Of a DNA stretch of 63,227 nt, positions 9,899-18,836 are shown one piece after another (position 1 is the first letter of the stretch; every line of letters starts with the position of its first letter). The notes beneath the pieces were generated by a model. The model was not told the origin of the DNA and made no database searches. It was given only the letters and a program-made list of their open reading frames with translations. The position numbers and the translations under genes are program-made. This stretch comes from Sphingomonas sp. (GTDB lineage: Bacteria; Pseudomonadota; Alphaproteobacteria; Sphingomonadales; Sphingomonadaceae). Location of the stretch: the NCBI GenBank assembly GCA_025935515.1, contig JAICVC010000001.1:1-63227 (forward strand), in the 5' to 3' direction.

Positions 9899-11039
9899 CG
9901 GAGGGATTGTGAGGACTTTGGCAGATCCCGAGCAGCTCTCATCGAGTCACAAGCGCGATGCGAGGGCGGAGCCGCCATCGGGCGGACGCGAATCGTTCGG
10001 CCTCGTGCAGGTACTGCGCGGCATTGCCGCATCATGGGTCGTGCTGTTCCATGCAAGCGAAGGACAGCATATCGATCGGCTCAAGGCATCGATCCCAATC
10101 TGGACCCATCCAATTTTCGATGTGGGAAACAACGGCGTGGCGATCTTCTTCGCGCTCAGCGGGTTCGTGATCGCTCACAGTCTCCGCAACGACCGCATCA
10201 CCTTTGGCTACGTGGGCCGTTTCGCGCTTCGGCGCTCAATCCGGCTCGATCCGGCCTTATGGGCCTCGATTGCCCTGTTCATCGGCTTCGCCGCTTTGTC
10301 GTCGTTCGTGAAGGCGGAGTCCTTCACGCCTCCGTCAGCAGCGGTCATTCTGTCCAATGCCACCTACACCCAGCTGTTTCTCGACTTCCCCTCGATCAAT
10401 CCGGTTTACTGGACGCTTTGCTACGAGGTTCAATTCTATCTGATGCTCGTGCTTTGCGTCATGGCTGCGCAGCGCTTCGGCCGCCTCGTGTACCTCGTGC
10501 CCTTTGCCGCCGCGGTTGCGTGGGGATGCAGCGTTCTGGAACAGCCCTTCGCCGGGCTATTCGTTGACCGTTGGCACTGCTTCTTCCTTGGCGCTTTGGC
10601 CTATTGGTCGATGAAGAGCGACACGGCTCTGGTCGGCTTTGTCGTGCTGCTGGCGGCTCTTGCAGCGGTCGGACCGAATCTCTTCACCATCATTTGCATG
10701 CTAACGGCCGTGGGTCTGCTGGTAGCGGGAAAGACAGGCTTCATCCGGAACGGCCTGGCTTGGCGGCCGCTGCTATTCCTCGGCACCGTTTCCTACAGCC
10801 TCTATCTGACCCACAATCCCGTTGCCGGCGCATCGTTCTTCCTGCTCGAGAGGTACGGAGTCCCGCAATGGGCTTCGCTCATCATTTCATTCGCAGCCTG
10901 CGTCGCGGCGGCGGCCGCATTCTGGTTCGTCATCGAGCGGCCGACGATGCGCCTTGCGCATCGGGTGAAGCTTCCCCGATCCCGCGAGGTCATCTCCGGC
11001 TTTGCAAGCGACGCTGAAATCAGGCCGCAGAACGCCTGA
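9882..11039 (+). CDS. Acyltransferase family 3 (membrane O-acyltransferase)
   Basis: LRGIAA..V.LFH, GVAIFFALSGF, WTLCYEVQFY, LGTVSYSLYLTH, IERP. Confidence 0.9.
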   Translation: MSHSADGGIVRTLADPEQLSSSHKRDARAEPPSGGRESFGLVQVLRGIAASWVVLFHASEGQHIDRLKASIPIWTHPIFDVGNNGVAIFFALSGFVIAHSLRNDRITFGYVGRFALRRSIRLDPALWASIALFIGFAALSSFVKAESFTPPSAAVILSNATYTQLFLDFPSINPVYWTLCYEVQFYLMLVLCVMAAQRFGRLVYLVPFAAAVAWGCSVLEQPFAGLFVDRWHCFFLGALAYWSMKSDTALVGFVVLLAALAAVGPNLFTIICMLTAVGLLVAGKTGFIRNGLAWRPLLFLGTVSYSLYLTHNPVAGASFFLLERYGVPQWASLIISFAACVAAAAAFWFVIERPTMRLAHRVKLPRSREVISGFASDAEIRPQNA

Positions 11040-11113
11040 GATCACATTCGCGAAATTTACCTCGGGAATGGGAGAGATTGTCTAAACAGGCTGTCCCCAT
11101 ATAGTCCCCAGCG

Positions 11114-12322
11114 ATGCGCCTCACGATTGTTCAATATGCCGGCGATTATCGCGACGCGTGGGAGAGGTTCGAGGGGGGCGGCAAGGCGACCTACCAGGCG
11201 CAGCGTTATTCGGTCGGCTTCGTCGCGGAGCTGGCGCAGCGGCTCGAACAGGTCGCGGTCATCTGCGCGCTGGGGGACGAGGCGAGCGACGTCGTGCTGC
11301 CCAACAAGGTGCAGTCGATCAACGCCGGCTTCAGGCCCGGCTTTCATCCGCGCGAGCTGATCCCGCTGCTCGACCGGACGGCGCCCGATCGCCTCGTGCT
11401 GGTCACGCCGATGGTGCCGCTGCTGCAATGGGCGCGCAGCCATCGCGTGCCGACGCTTGCGACGCTCGCCGACTCGTTCCAGCCCGGCGGCCTGCGGGAA
11501 AAGCTTCGGCAGCGGCGGCTGGCTTATGCGCTCAACCGGCCGAACGTCGCCTGGGTCGGCAACCACGGCATCGCCGCCTGCCTCTCGTTGCTCAAGATCG
11601 GCGTCAGGGCCGACAAGATCATTCCCTGGGACTGGCCGCCCTCGCACAAGCCGTCCGATCACGCGGCGCGAAGCCGCGACCCGTCGAAGCCGTTCAGCCT
11701 CGCCTATGTCGGCTCCGTCAGCGAAGACAAAGGAGTCGGAGACCTGCTGCGCGCGCTTCATCGCCTGAAGGCCGAGAGCGTGGAGCTGGCCCTAACGATC
11801 GTCGGGCGCGATCCCGACGGCGCGATGCAGGAGCTCGCCAAACATCTAGGCTTGGTCGAACAAGTCCGTTTCGCCGGGCTGGTGCCCAACGAAGACATTC
11901 CCACGGTCATGCGCGCCGCCGATGCCGTCGTCATCCCCTCGCGGCATGAATATCCGGAAGGATTGCCGCTGACGATCTACGAGGCGCTGTCGGCACGAAC
12001 ACCGATCGTCGCGTCCGACCATCCGATGTTCCGCGGCGCACTCACCGACGAAGAGAGCGCGCTCGTTTTTCCGGCGCGCGATGACGGAGCGCTCGCTTCG
12101 GCAATCCGCCGCTTGAGCGCCGACCCCGGCCTTTATGCGCGGCTATCGGCGAACAGCGAGGCGGCGTGGCAGGCGCTGCAGCTTCCGGTGAGCTGGGGAG
12201 CGCTGATCGAACACTGGCTTTCGGACGAACCCGAGGACGTCGCCTGGATCCGCGATCGTCGGCTGATGTCGGGCCGCTACGCCGCGCAGATCGCCGCCCG
12301 ATCGACAGTCCCGTCGCCTTAG
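11114..12322 (+). CDS. Glycosyltransferase family 4
   Basis: YVGSVSEDKG, PSRHEYPEGLPLTIYEAL (E-x7-E motif). Confidence 0.88.
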   Translation: MRLTIVQYAGDYRDAWERFEGGGKATYQAQRYSVGFVAELAQRLEQVAVICALGDEASDVVLPNKVQSINAGFRPGFHPRELIPLLDRTAPDRLVLVTPMVPLLQWARSHRVPTLATLADSFQPGGLREKLRQRRLAYALNRPNVAWVGNHGIAACLSLLKIGVRADKIIPWDWPPSHKPSDHAARSRDPSKPFSLAYVGSVSEDKGVGDLLRALHRLKAESVELALTIVGRDPDGAMQELAKHLGLVEQVRFAGLVPNEDIPTVMRAADAVVIPSRHEYPEGLPLTIYEALSARTPIVASDHPMFRGALTDEESALVFPARDDGALASAIRRLSADPGLYARLSANSEAAWQALQLPVSWGALIEHWLSDEPEDVAWIRDRRLMSGRYAAQIAARSTVPSP

Positions 12323-12387
12323 TTTCGGTTCATCGGGCGCCGCTGACCCCGACTTCTCCCGATTTGGTGACCGAAATGGAAATATAC

Positions 12388-12427
12388 TTTGCACTCTTCC
12401 TTAATATGGTTTGCACTCTTCCTTAAT
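12388..12427. repeat. Tandem direct repeat, 18-bp identical core with 22-bp period
   Basis: TTTGCACTCTTCCTTAAT at 12388-12405 and 12410-12427. Confidence 0.9.
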
Positions 12428-12614
12428 GGTTCGCGAGTGAAACTTGCCGGGTGCAACGAAGAGGGGTGCGGACCCCTCGACGAATAATTTCCGGGGGGCT
12501 CGTGAAATGGCCGTTAAACCGATTCTGGACAGCCAGAAACTTAAGCTTGCCAATGATTTGAATGCCCTGCACATCAGCGGCAACAGCTTGGCGTTCACGG
12601 GTGAGGGGAAGTCC

Positions 12615-14402
12615 ATGGGTTTGGCGAGGTCGCTGTTTGCAGCGCCGTGTCTTATGTTGGCGGCGTGCGGCGCGGCCTCGGGCAGCACCAATGAGACGAC
12701 CAATGCGCCGGTCACCAGCAATGCAGTGTCGGCGACGCCCATTCCAACGACGACCGATCCGAAGGCATTCAAGCTGGGCGTCAACGTCGGCACGATTAGT
12801 CTCTGGGACAACAGCCGCCCCCTCATGAATCTGATCTATGCCGTGCCTGCGCAAATGCAGAACACGAACCCGTCTGGAGGCTCCGAAGACATCCCGGGCC
12901 AATATTTCGATGCCAATGGCTGGGTTAAGTCCTTGCCGACCGGCTACCAAGTGCGCCGTGGTCTTTCCGTTCCGGCTGCCGGAGGCGATTTCATTTGTCG
13001 CTACCAAGGCAACGGGCTGCTCCGCGTCGAATCGGGCCCCGTATCGAATGTCAGCTCAAGCGCGGGCGCTCTGAAATTCACCATTGCGCCGACCAATCCC
13101 GCCGATTGGAAGGCGGTGACAATCACCTATTTCGTCGATCCGTCGAACTATATCCGGGACATCGATTGCCGCGAGGCCGGTGCCTCGACAACGGCGATTA
13201 CGGCGCCCGAGTTCCTTTCCGTGGTGAATGGCTTCAAGGTCCTGCGCTTCGTAAAGTGGTCGAAAGCTGAGGAGAATCCAGCCTCGATCACCTGGGCCAC
13301 GCGCAACAAGCCGGGCGACGGGGATTTCTCGCGCAACGACGGGGTGCCGGTCGAGTATATCGTCGACGCCGCGAACCAAGCGAACGCGGACCCGTGGGTC
13401 AACATCCCCTGGAACGCCGACAACGACTACATCACCCGCTACGCCACCTACGTCCGCGACAACATGGCCTCGGGTCACCAGGTCTATGTCGAAGTCAGCA
13501 ACGAGGTCTGGAACTGGGGATATCCGGTAACGACCCAGGCGAAGAACGAAGCGATTGCCGAGGGACTTCTGTCCGCGGAAGGCACCGGAGCGCCGGGCGG
13601 CAACGGGGAGCGTTATTCCGAACGCGTCCGCCAGGTCATGGCGATCTGGTCGAACGTTTTCTCCGGCCAGATGAACCGCCTGGTGCGGGTGTTCGCTTTC
13701 CAGCACGTCCAGCCATATTGGTCGGACCGGCTGCTGGCTTACCAGGACACATACAAATACGTCGATGCGCTCGCCACTGCGCCGTATTTCGGCCACGAGG
13801 CAGAGACCTGGACGACGGGCCAATCGCTGGACTCGATCATGAACACGCTTCTGCCGGCCAAGGCCGCCGAAGCGGTCACCTTCGGCGTCCAGCAAAAGGC
13901 CGTCGCGCAGAAATATAACCTGCGCTACGTCACCTACGAAGCCGGCCAGCACGTCACGCTTCCCAACAATCTCCCGCTGCTCATGCAGATCGAGCGCGAC
14001 CCGCGGATGTACGACATCTACAAGACGTTCATCAGCGCCTGGCAAAGCCAGATCGGCGATACGATGAACCTGTTCGCGCTGACCGGAAATATCTCTCGAT
14101 ATGGCGCGTGGGGCATCAGCGAATATGCCAACCAGCCACTGAGCGAAGCGCCGAAGCGGCGCGCGGTCCAGGAGTTCCTTGGCATCGCGACCGCATCGGT
14201 GGACACCGGCGGGACCACCACGACGACAACGACGACCGACCCGGTCGTCACGGCCTCGACACAAATCTGCCCGGATGGCTCGATTATCCTGCTGACCAGC
14301 ACCTGCCCGACGACGACGTCCACTCCGACGACAAGCCCGACGAAGAAGGGGAACAAGGGCAAGGGTGGCGGTGGCGGGAGGACCGTGACGGCCCTCGCCT
14401 AG
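12615..14402 (+). CDS. Secreted lipoprotein, putative glycoside hydrolase (clan GH-A-like TIM barrel) with a Thr-rich tail
   Basis: GAGGGG SD; LAAC lipobox; YVEVSNEVWN and VTYEAGQH resemble acid/base and nucleophile Glu motifs; poly-Thr linker. Confidence 0.65.
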   Translation: MGLARSLFAAPCLMLAACGAASGSTNETTNAPVTSNAVSATPIPTTTDPKAFKLGVNVGTISLWDNSRPLMNLIYAVPAQMQNTNPSGGSEDIPGQYFDANGWVKSLPTGYQVRRGLSVPAAGGDFICRYQGNGLLRVESGPVSNVSSSAGALKFTIAPTNPADWKAVTITYFVDPSNYIRDIDCREAGASTTAITAPEFLSVVNGFKVLRFVKWSKAEENPASITWATRNKPGDGDFSRNDGVPVEYIVDAANQANADPWVNIPWNADNDYITRYATYVRDNMASGHQVYVEVSNEVWNWGYPVTTQAKNEAIAEGLLSAEGTGAPGGNGERYSERVRQVMAIWSNVFSGQMNRLVRVFAFQHVQPYWSDRLLAYQDTYKYVDALATAPYFGHEAETWTTGQSLDSIMNTLLPAKAAEAVTFGVQQKAVAQKYNLRYVTYEAGQHVTLPNNLPLLMQIERDPRMYDIYKTFISAWQSQIGDTMNLFALTGNISRYGAWGISEYANQPLSEAPKRRAVQEFLGIATASVDTGGTTTTTTTTDPVVTASTQICPDGSIILLTSTCPTTTSTPTTSPTKKGNKGKGGGGGRTVTALA

Positions 14403-14520
14403 ACTACCGCTGCACTGAACGGCAGGCTGGACGCCAATCGATCCATTTTGCAGAAGTTCGCATCGAGCCGTTCACCTATCGGAGCGGGCCGCCGTTAAAC
14501 GAAAGTCGTCGATCGCCTAA

Positions 14521-15441
14521 ATGCCGCGCGTCAGTGTACTAATGCCGGTGTTCAACTCGGCAGCATATGTCGAGGAAGCGCTCGCCAGCGTACAAGCTCA
14601 GGAGTTTGATGATTTCGAGCTTATCGTCATCGACGACGGATCGACGGACGGCTCCACGGAAATCCTGAAAGCCTTCGCTGCGCGCGAACCGCGGATGCGG
14701 TTGATAAGCCGAACCAACCGAGGGTTGATCGCAACTCGCAATGAATTGCTTGAGGAGGCAAGCGGCGAGTTCATCGCGTGGATGGATTCGGACGACCTCT
14801 CGCATCCGGCCCGACTTCGCCGCTTGCTCGCAACTTTCAATGCAGATGAGAGACTTGTCTGCGTCGGAAGCAATGTTGAAACCATCGACCCCGATGGATC
14901 AATCCTGGGCGTCGAACTCTACCCCTACGACCACGATTCGATATGCGCTGACCAGATGCGCGGCGCGGGCTTTAGGTTTCCATCGACCATGCTCAGGCGA
15001 TCGACAACGATGAAAGTCGGCAGCTTTCGCGAGCCGTTCAAGATCGGCGAGGATTTCGATTTCCTGCTGAGGGTCACCGAGCATGGGCGAGTGGGTAACG
15101 TCCCGGAAACCTTGTATTTCTATCGGCAACACCTGCTTAGTACCGTAACCGCTTTGGGGGTGAACTGGCCTGGCTACAGAGATACAATCTTGTCTCTCGC
15201 CCGTGAGCGACGAGAGGGTGGCCAAGACCGGCTGCAGCGGGGAGAGACGGTCACGATTCCTGAAGCCAAGGCCGACGACTGGCGCAAACATGTCCCTAAT
15301 GTATTGCTCAGCTGGGCAGGCGGCGCGCTACATTATGGGGACCGCCGCCGAGCTTTCCACTACACTGTCAAGGCAATTCGCGCAGCGCCACCAAAAATTG
15401 CCGGGTGGCGATTCCTTCTTAGGCTGCTTTTCAAACCGTAA
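14521..15441 (+). CDS. Glycosyltransferase family 2
   Basis: VSVLMPVFN, IDDGSTD, MDSDD, EDFDF. Confidence 0.92.
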   Translation: MPRVSVLMPVFNSAAYVEEALASVQAQEFDDFELIVIDDGSTDGSTEILKAFAAREPRMRLISRTNRGLIATRNELLEEASGEFIAWMDSDDLSHPARLRRLLATFNADERLVCVGSNVETIDPDGSILGVELYPYDHDSICADQMRGAGFRFPSTMLRRSTTMKVGSFREPFKIGEDFDFLLRVTEHGRVGNVPETLYFYRQHLLSTVTALGVNWPGYRDTILSLARERREGGQDRLQRGETVTIPEAKADDWRKHVPNVLLSWAGGALHYGDRRRAFHYTVKAIRAAPPKIAGWRFLLRLLFKP

Positions 15442-15481
15442 CCATGATCGATCTTACGTTTTTCATCGGTAACAAATCGGC

Positions 15482-16843
15482 ATGATCATTTCCCCGCGAT
15501 TGCCGTCACGCGTGATTGAACTAGGTCGGCGCGTGCGGCCCAGCGGTACCTCGGCGTTGGCTGCAAGCACGGTTCTCACCAACCTGGTGCGTCTCATCAG
15601 CACCATCGTCCTGTCCCGGCTGCTATCCCCAGATGTGTATGGCATCATCGGGATGATCGTTTCGATCTTTTATGCGATCAACATGCTCAGCGACGTCGGC
15701 TTCCAGGCCTATGTCGTTCGTCACCAACACGGAGACGAAGCAGACTTCATCAACTCGGTTTGGACCATACACGCCGGCCGCGGCCTGCTGCTGACCATTC
15801 TGGGCATGCTGCTCGCTTGGCCCTCATCGATCCTGTTGGCGAAGCCGGAAATTGCCCTGCCGATGGCGGTCTCCTCGCTCATCTTCGTGATCGAGGGTCA
15901 AGGATCGCTCGCGCAGTTTCAAGGCCTGCGAGAGGGGCGGGTTCCGCGGTTCGCGCTCATGGGACTGATCGCTTCCACGAGCCAGGTCTTCATTTGCATC
16001 ATCGCCGCTATCTTCCTGCGGAATGTTTGGGCGGTCGTAATATCGATGATCGCCGGTAGCACGATCAACGTGCTGCTTAGCTATGTCCTGTTCCCTGGAA
16101 AGCGCCGTTCGCTGCGCCCGGACAAGAAGGTCGCGGCCGACCTCTGGCGGTTCTCGCGGATGATCGCCGCCTCGAGCGCGCTGACTCTCGTCATCACTCA
16201 GGCCGACAAACTGGCGATGAGCCGGATCCTACCGCTGGATCAGTTCGGCACCTATGTCATTGCGTCAACACTGGCCGCCGCACCGGCGGCGTTTGCGTTC
16301 AATTATGCCAGCACCATCGTCTATCCGGCCGTTGCCGGCGCATGGCGCGACGGCGCCGCGCTAAAGGATGCATATTATCGCTGCTGGGGCCGCTTCTTTT
16401 ATGCTTATTCGTTCGGCGGCGGCTGCCTGATCGGCGGCGCCGATTTGGTCATTCGGCTTCTTTACGACCCCCGCTACGCCGGCGCGGCCGTCTATCTGAC
16501 TATTCTCGCCATCGCCACTTCGCTTCTCATGCCAGTCCGATCGATGGAGAATGCGTTGGTTGCGAGCGGCCATCCTCGCGCCGTGGTCGAGCTCAATGTC
16601 GTACGCCTCACGTGGCTGATAATTGGAGGCATCATCGCGTTGGTCCGCTACGATGCAATGCTTCTTGTCCTGACGATTGGGCTGATCGAAGCGCCCGCCT
16701 ATCTCTACGGCGCGTGGAAGATGCAGCGCCTTCATCTGATTCGGTTGGCGCGGGAAGCGTCGGTCTGGCTTACTATAGGTGCGGGTGCCGCTGCAGGAGC
16801 GGGGATCAACGGGCTTGCCCGCTCATATCTGCCCAGCCTCTAA
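15482..16843 (+). CDS. wzx: Oligosaccharide flippase (Wzx/MOP family)
   Basis: LSRLLSPDVYG, SDVGF, QADKL, many transmembrane segments; EPS context. Confidence 0.82.
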   Translation: MIISPRLPSRVIELGRRVRPSGTSALAASTVLTNLVRLISTIVLSRLLSPDVYGIIGMIVSIFYAINMLSDVGFQAYVVRHQHGDEADFINSVWTIHAGRGLLLTILGMLLAWPSSILLAKPEIALPMAVSSLIFVIEGQGSLAQFQGLREGRVPRFALMGLIASTSQVFICIIAAIFLRNVWAVVISMIAGSTINVLLSYVLFPGKRRSLRPDKKVAADLWRFSRMIAASSALTLVITQADKLAMSRILPLDQFGTYVIASTLAAAPAAFAFNYASTIVYPAVAGAWRDGAALKDAYYRCWGRFFYAYSFGGGCLIGGADLVIRLLYDPRYAGAAVYLTILAIATSLLMPVRSMENALVASGHPRAVVELNVVRLTWLIIGGIIALVRYDAMLLVLTIGLIEAPAYLYGAWKMQRLHLIRLAREASVWLTIGAGAAAGAGINGLARSYLPSL

Positions 16844-16857
16844 GAGAGCCGCGATTT

Positions 16858-17347
16858 CATTGGAAGATGCCAGCCGCACCAGCGTGACCGGCCCGGACGT
16901 CGGTTGCCTCGACTACATTGGCGCCAATGTTGGTGGATTCGCCGAAACTGACGACAACAATGATTCGCCGTCCGCGCCGAGGTCGATGTCACCGAGGGAC
17001 GGGACTGCAGCTTCGGTCCACGCGATACAACCTGCTAGACAGCAGGCAGTTTGAGCTTGAGTCCGATCTCGAAACCCGGACGAATGACGATGCCGTCGGC
17101 ATGGGGTCAGCGCACGCCAACGATTTTGCGGTGCAGTGAAATGTCGGCTCCGGTCACGATTGCGAAGCGCTCCCATTTTCGCCTCACACCCAGCCTCGCG
17201 CCAGCGATCATCGCGAATGCTCTTGGAAAGGACGTCTTTAAGCCTTCCATGACCTTCGTCCACTGCGTTCACGTTCCCAGGTTCGATGATAAAATGCCCC
17301 GATTGCGGCATGCCCACCATCGGACCGCCGATGTACGTCGTGGTCAT
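16858..17347 (-). pseudogene. Decayed serine O-acetyltransferase-like (left-handed beta-helix) gene
   Basis: Minus-strand fragments in shifting frames: IVTGADISLH..*PHADGIVIRP.FEIG, NCLL, PSLGDIDLGA, VSFGESTNIGANVV..DV; internal stops and frameshifts. Confidence 0.7.
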
Positions 17348-18729
17348 GAGACCGCCGGGACGGGCGCCTGCGCAGCCTTGCGCAACCGGCTCGGTCGGGC
17401 CGAGCGCACGCGGGTAGAAGTCGCTACCGCACCTGCCAGCAGCAGCGTCAGCGACATGGAATTGGCGTTTGGAATGAGGTCCACCAGGTATACCGCGAGG
17501 CATAGGGTCAATCCGGCCTGGATGATCGCCGGAGAGCTTGTCTGATAACCAACGCTGCGGAGCGCTCCGAACATCGCGGCGGAGAGAAGGCCAAAAAGCG
17601 AAAGATAACCGAACCAGCCGAACACGCCGAACTGAATAATCCACTGCCCGTCGGTTACCGAAATATCCCGGCCAGTGTACCGGTCGTAAATGCGGTTGCG
17701 GCCCCAGGTTCCCCACCCCAATAATGGCTTCTCGTTCGCCTTCGCCAGCAGCTGCTCCTCGTTGTGGAGCCGTTGGTTGAAGGATTGGCTTCGATCGGCG
17801 CTGACGTTCGCGGCCGCGTCTGCCATGAAATGCACGGGCACAAGGCCGTGCCAGCGAAGCAGCGGGTAGGCGCAAACCAGGAGCGACAGCGCACATCCCA
17901 GCTTCACCCATGCGCGCGGCCGGGTGAACAGGATGACGGGCGTCAGAAGCAGCCCGTAGATTAGCGACCCGAGCGATTTGCACAGGACGAGGAGCGCGCC
18001 GAGGTAAGCTGCAATCGTGCCCGCTGGCACTCGCAGAATACGCCACTTGAGCCGCGCGAGGACGAGAGCCGCGACGAGCCCCATTGCAACGAACAGTGCA
18101 AGCGCAAGACCGTGCTCGGTAAACACTACGGGCCGGTAGCCCCCCGCGCGGACCTGCTGCTGAAATTCGTGCGGATGATAACCGTACACGATACGGTGAA
18201 GCTGTGGGCTGATCCTGAGCTCGAGGAGCATTGGCAGGCTGTAGATCGTCAGCGCGGTCGGCAGGCTTTTCAGTAGCAGTGCCCGGCCCCGGTCGCTCGA
18301 CAGGAACCGCATCCCCACGAACAGGGGAAGAAGGGATATGACCTGCCGGCCGGCGATCTTCAGGCCGTCGAGCGGATAGAAGCCCGGAATGCTCCCGGCG
18401 GCGGTCTGCAATTCGTAGCTGTTGGTGAAGCTGGTGAAGATCGGTGACAGGATGTAGCCAAGGCCGAACAAGTAAATCAGCCAGGGCGGGCGCTGCGGCT
18501 TTGTCTGGGTTCCCTTCATCCAGCACAACAGGAAGGTGCTCAATGCCGCGACGGTCATTTTGTCGATCGGCGGAAGCAGCGGAAGATCGACGTTCATATT
18601 CGACGGCAGCAGAAGATAGCCCGCCAGCAACGACCAGATTGCCGCGGCTTCCACCGGCAGCATCACGAACAAAATGATGCAGACCGCCGGCCAGCTGAAC
18701 AGTGCAATATAGGCGAACTGATTGGGTAT
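17344..18729 (-). CDS. Putative polysaccharide polymerase (Wzy/O-antigen ligase-like); probable ATA start
   Basis: Multi-TM protein with YRPVVFTEHGL, RSQSFNQR, LLGWGTWGRNR, TDG.WI; the frame continues upstream as IPNQFAYIALFSWP behind GGAGG. Confidence 0.75.
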   Translation of the reverse strand: MPNQFAYIALFSWPAVCIILFVMLPVEAAAIWSLLAGYLLLPSNMNVDLPLLPPIDKMTVAALSTFLLCWMKGTQTKPQRPPWLIYLFGLGYILSPIFTSFTNSYELQTAAGSIPGFYPLDGLKIAGRQVISLLPLFVGMRFLSSDRGRALLLKSLPTALTIYSLPMLLELRISPQLHRIVYGYHPHEFQQQVRAGGYRPVVFTEHGLALALFVAMGLVAALVLARLKWRILRVPAGTIAAYLGALLVLCKSLGSLIYGLLLTPVILFTRPRAWVKLGCALSLLVCAYPLLRWHGLVPVHFMADAAANVSADRSQSFNQRLHNEEQLLAKANEKPLLGWGTWGRNRIYDRYTGRDISVTDGQWIIQFGVFGWFGYLSLFGLLSAAMFGALRSVGYQTSSPAIIQAGLTLCLAVYLVDLIPNANSMSLTLLLAGAVATSTRVRSARPSRLRKAAQAPVPAVS

Positions 18730-18836
18730 GACCGGCCTCCCCGCGGGTCACCATGCCCCGAAGGCGGTGTCTTCCCGAGGGCAAGGATAGAGTCTCGGCG
18801 CCTTCGCCTCAATCCGCTTCGGCGCGCGCACTCCCA

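Noticed and set aside
12388-12427. CRISPR-like repeat
   Set aside because: Only two units, a 4-nt spacer and no cas genes.
16913-18784. 623-aa minus-strand ORF
   Set aside because: Mostly an off-frame overlap of the wzy-like gene; only its tail touches the acetyltransferase pseudogene.
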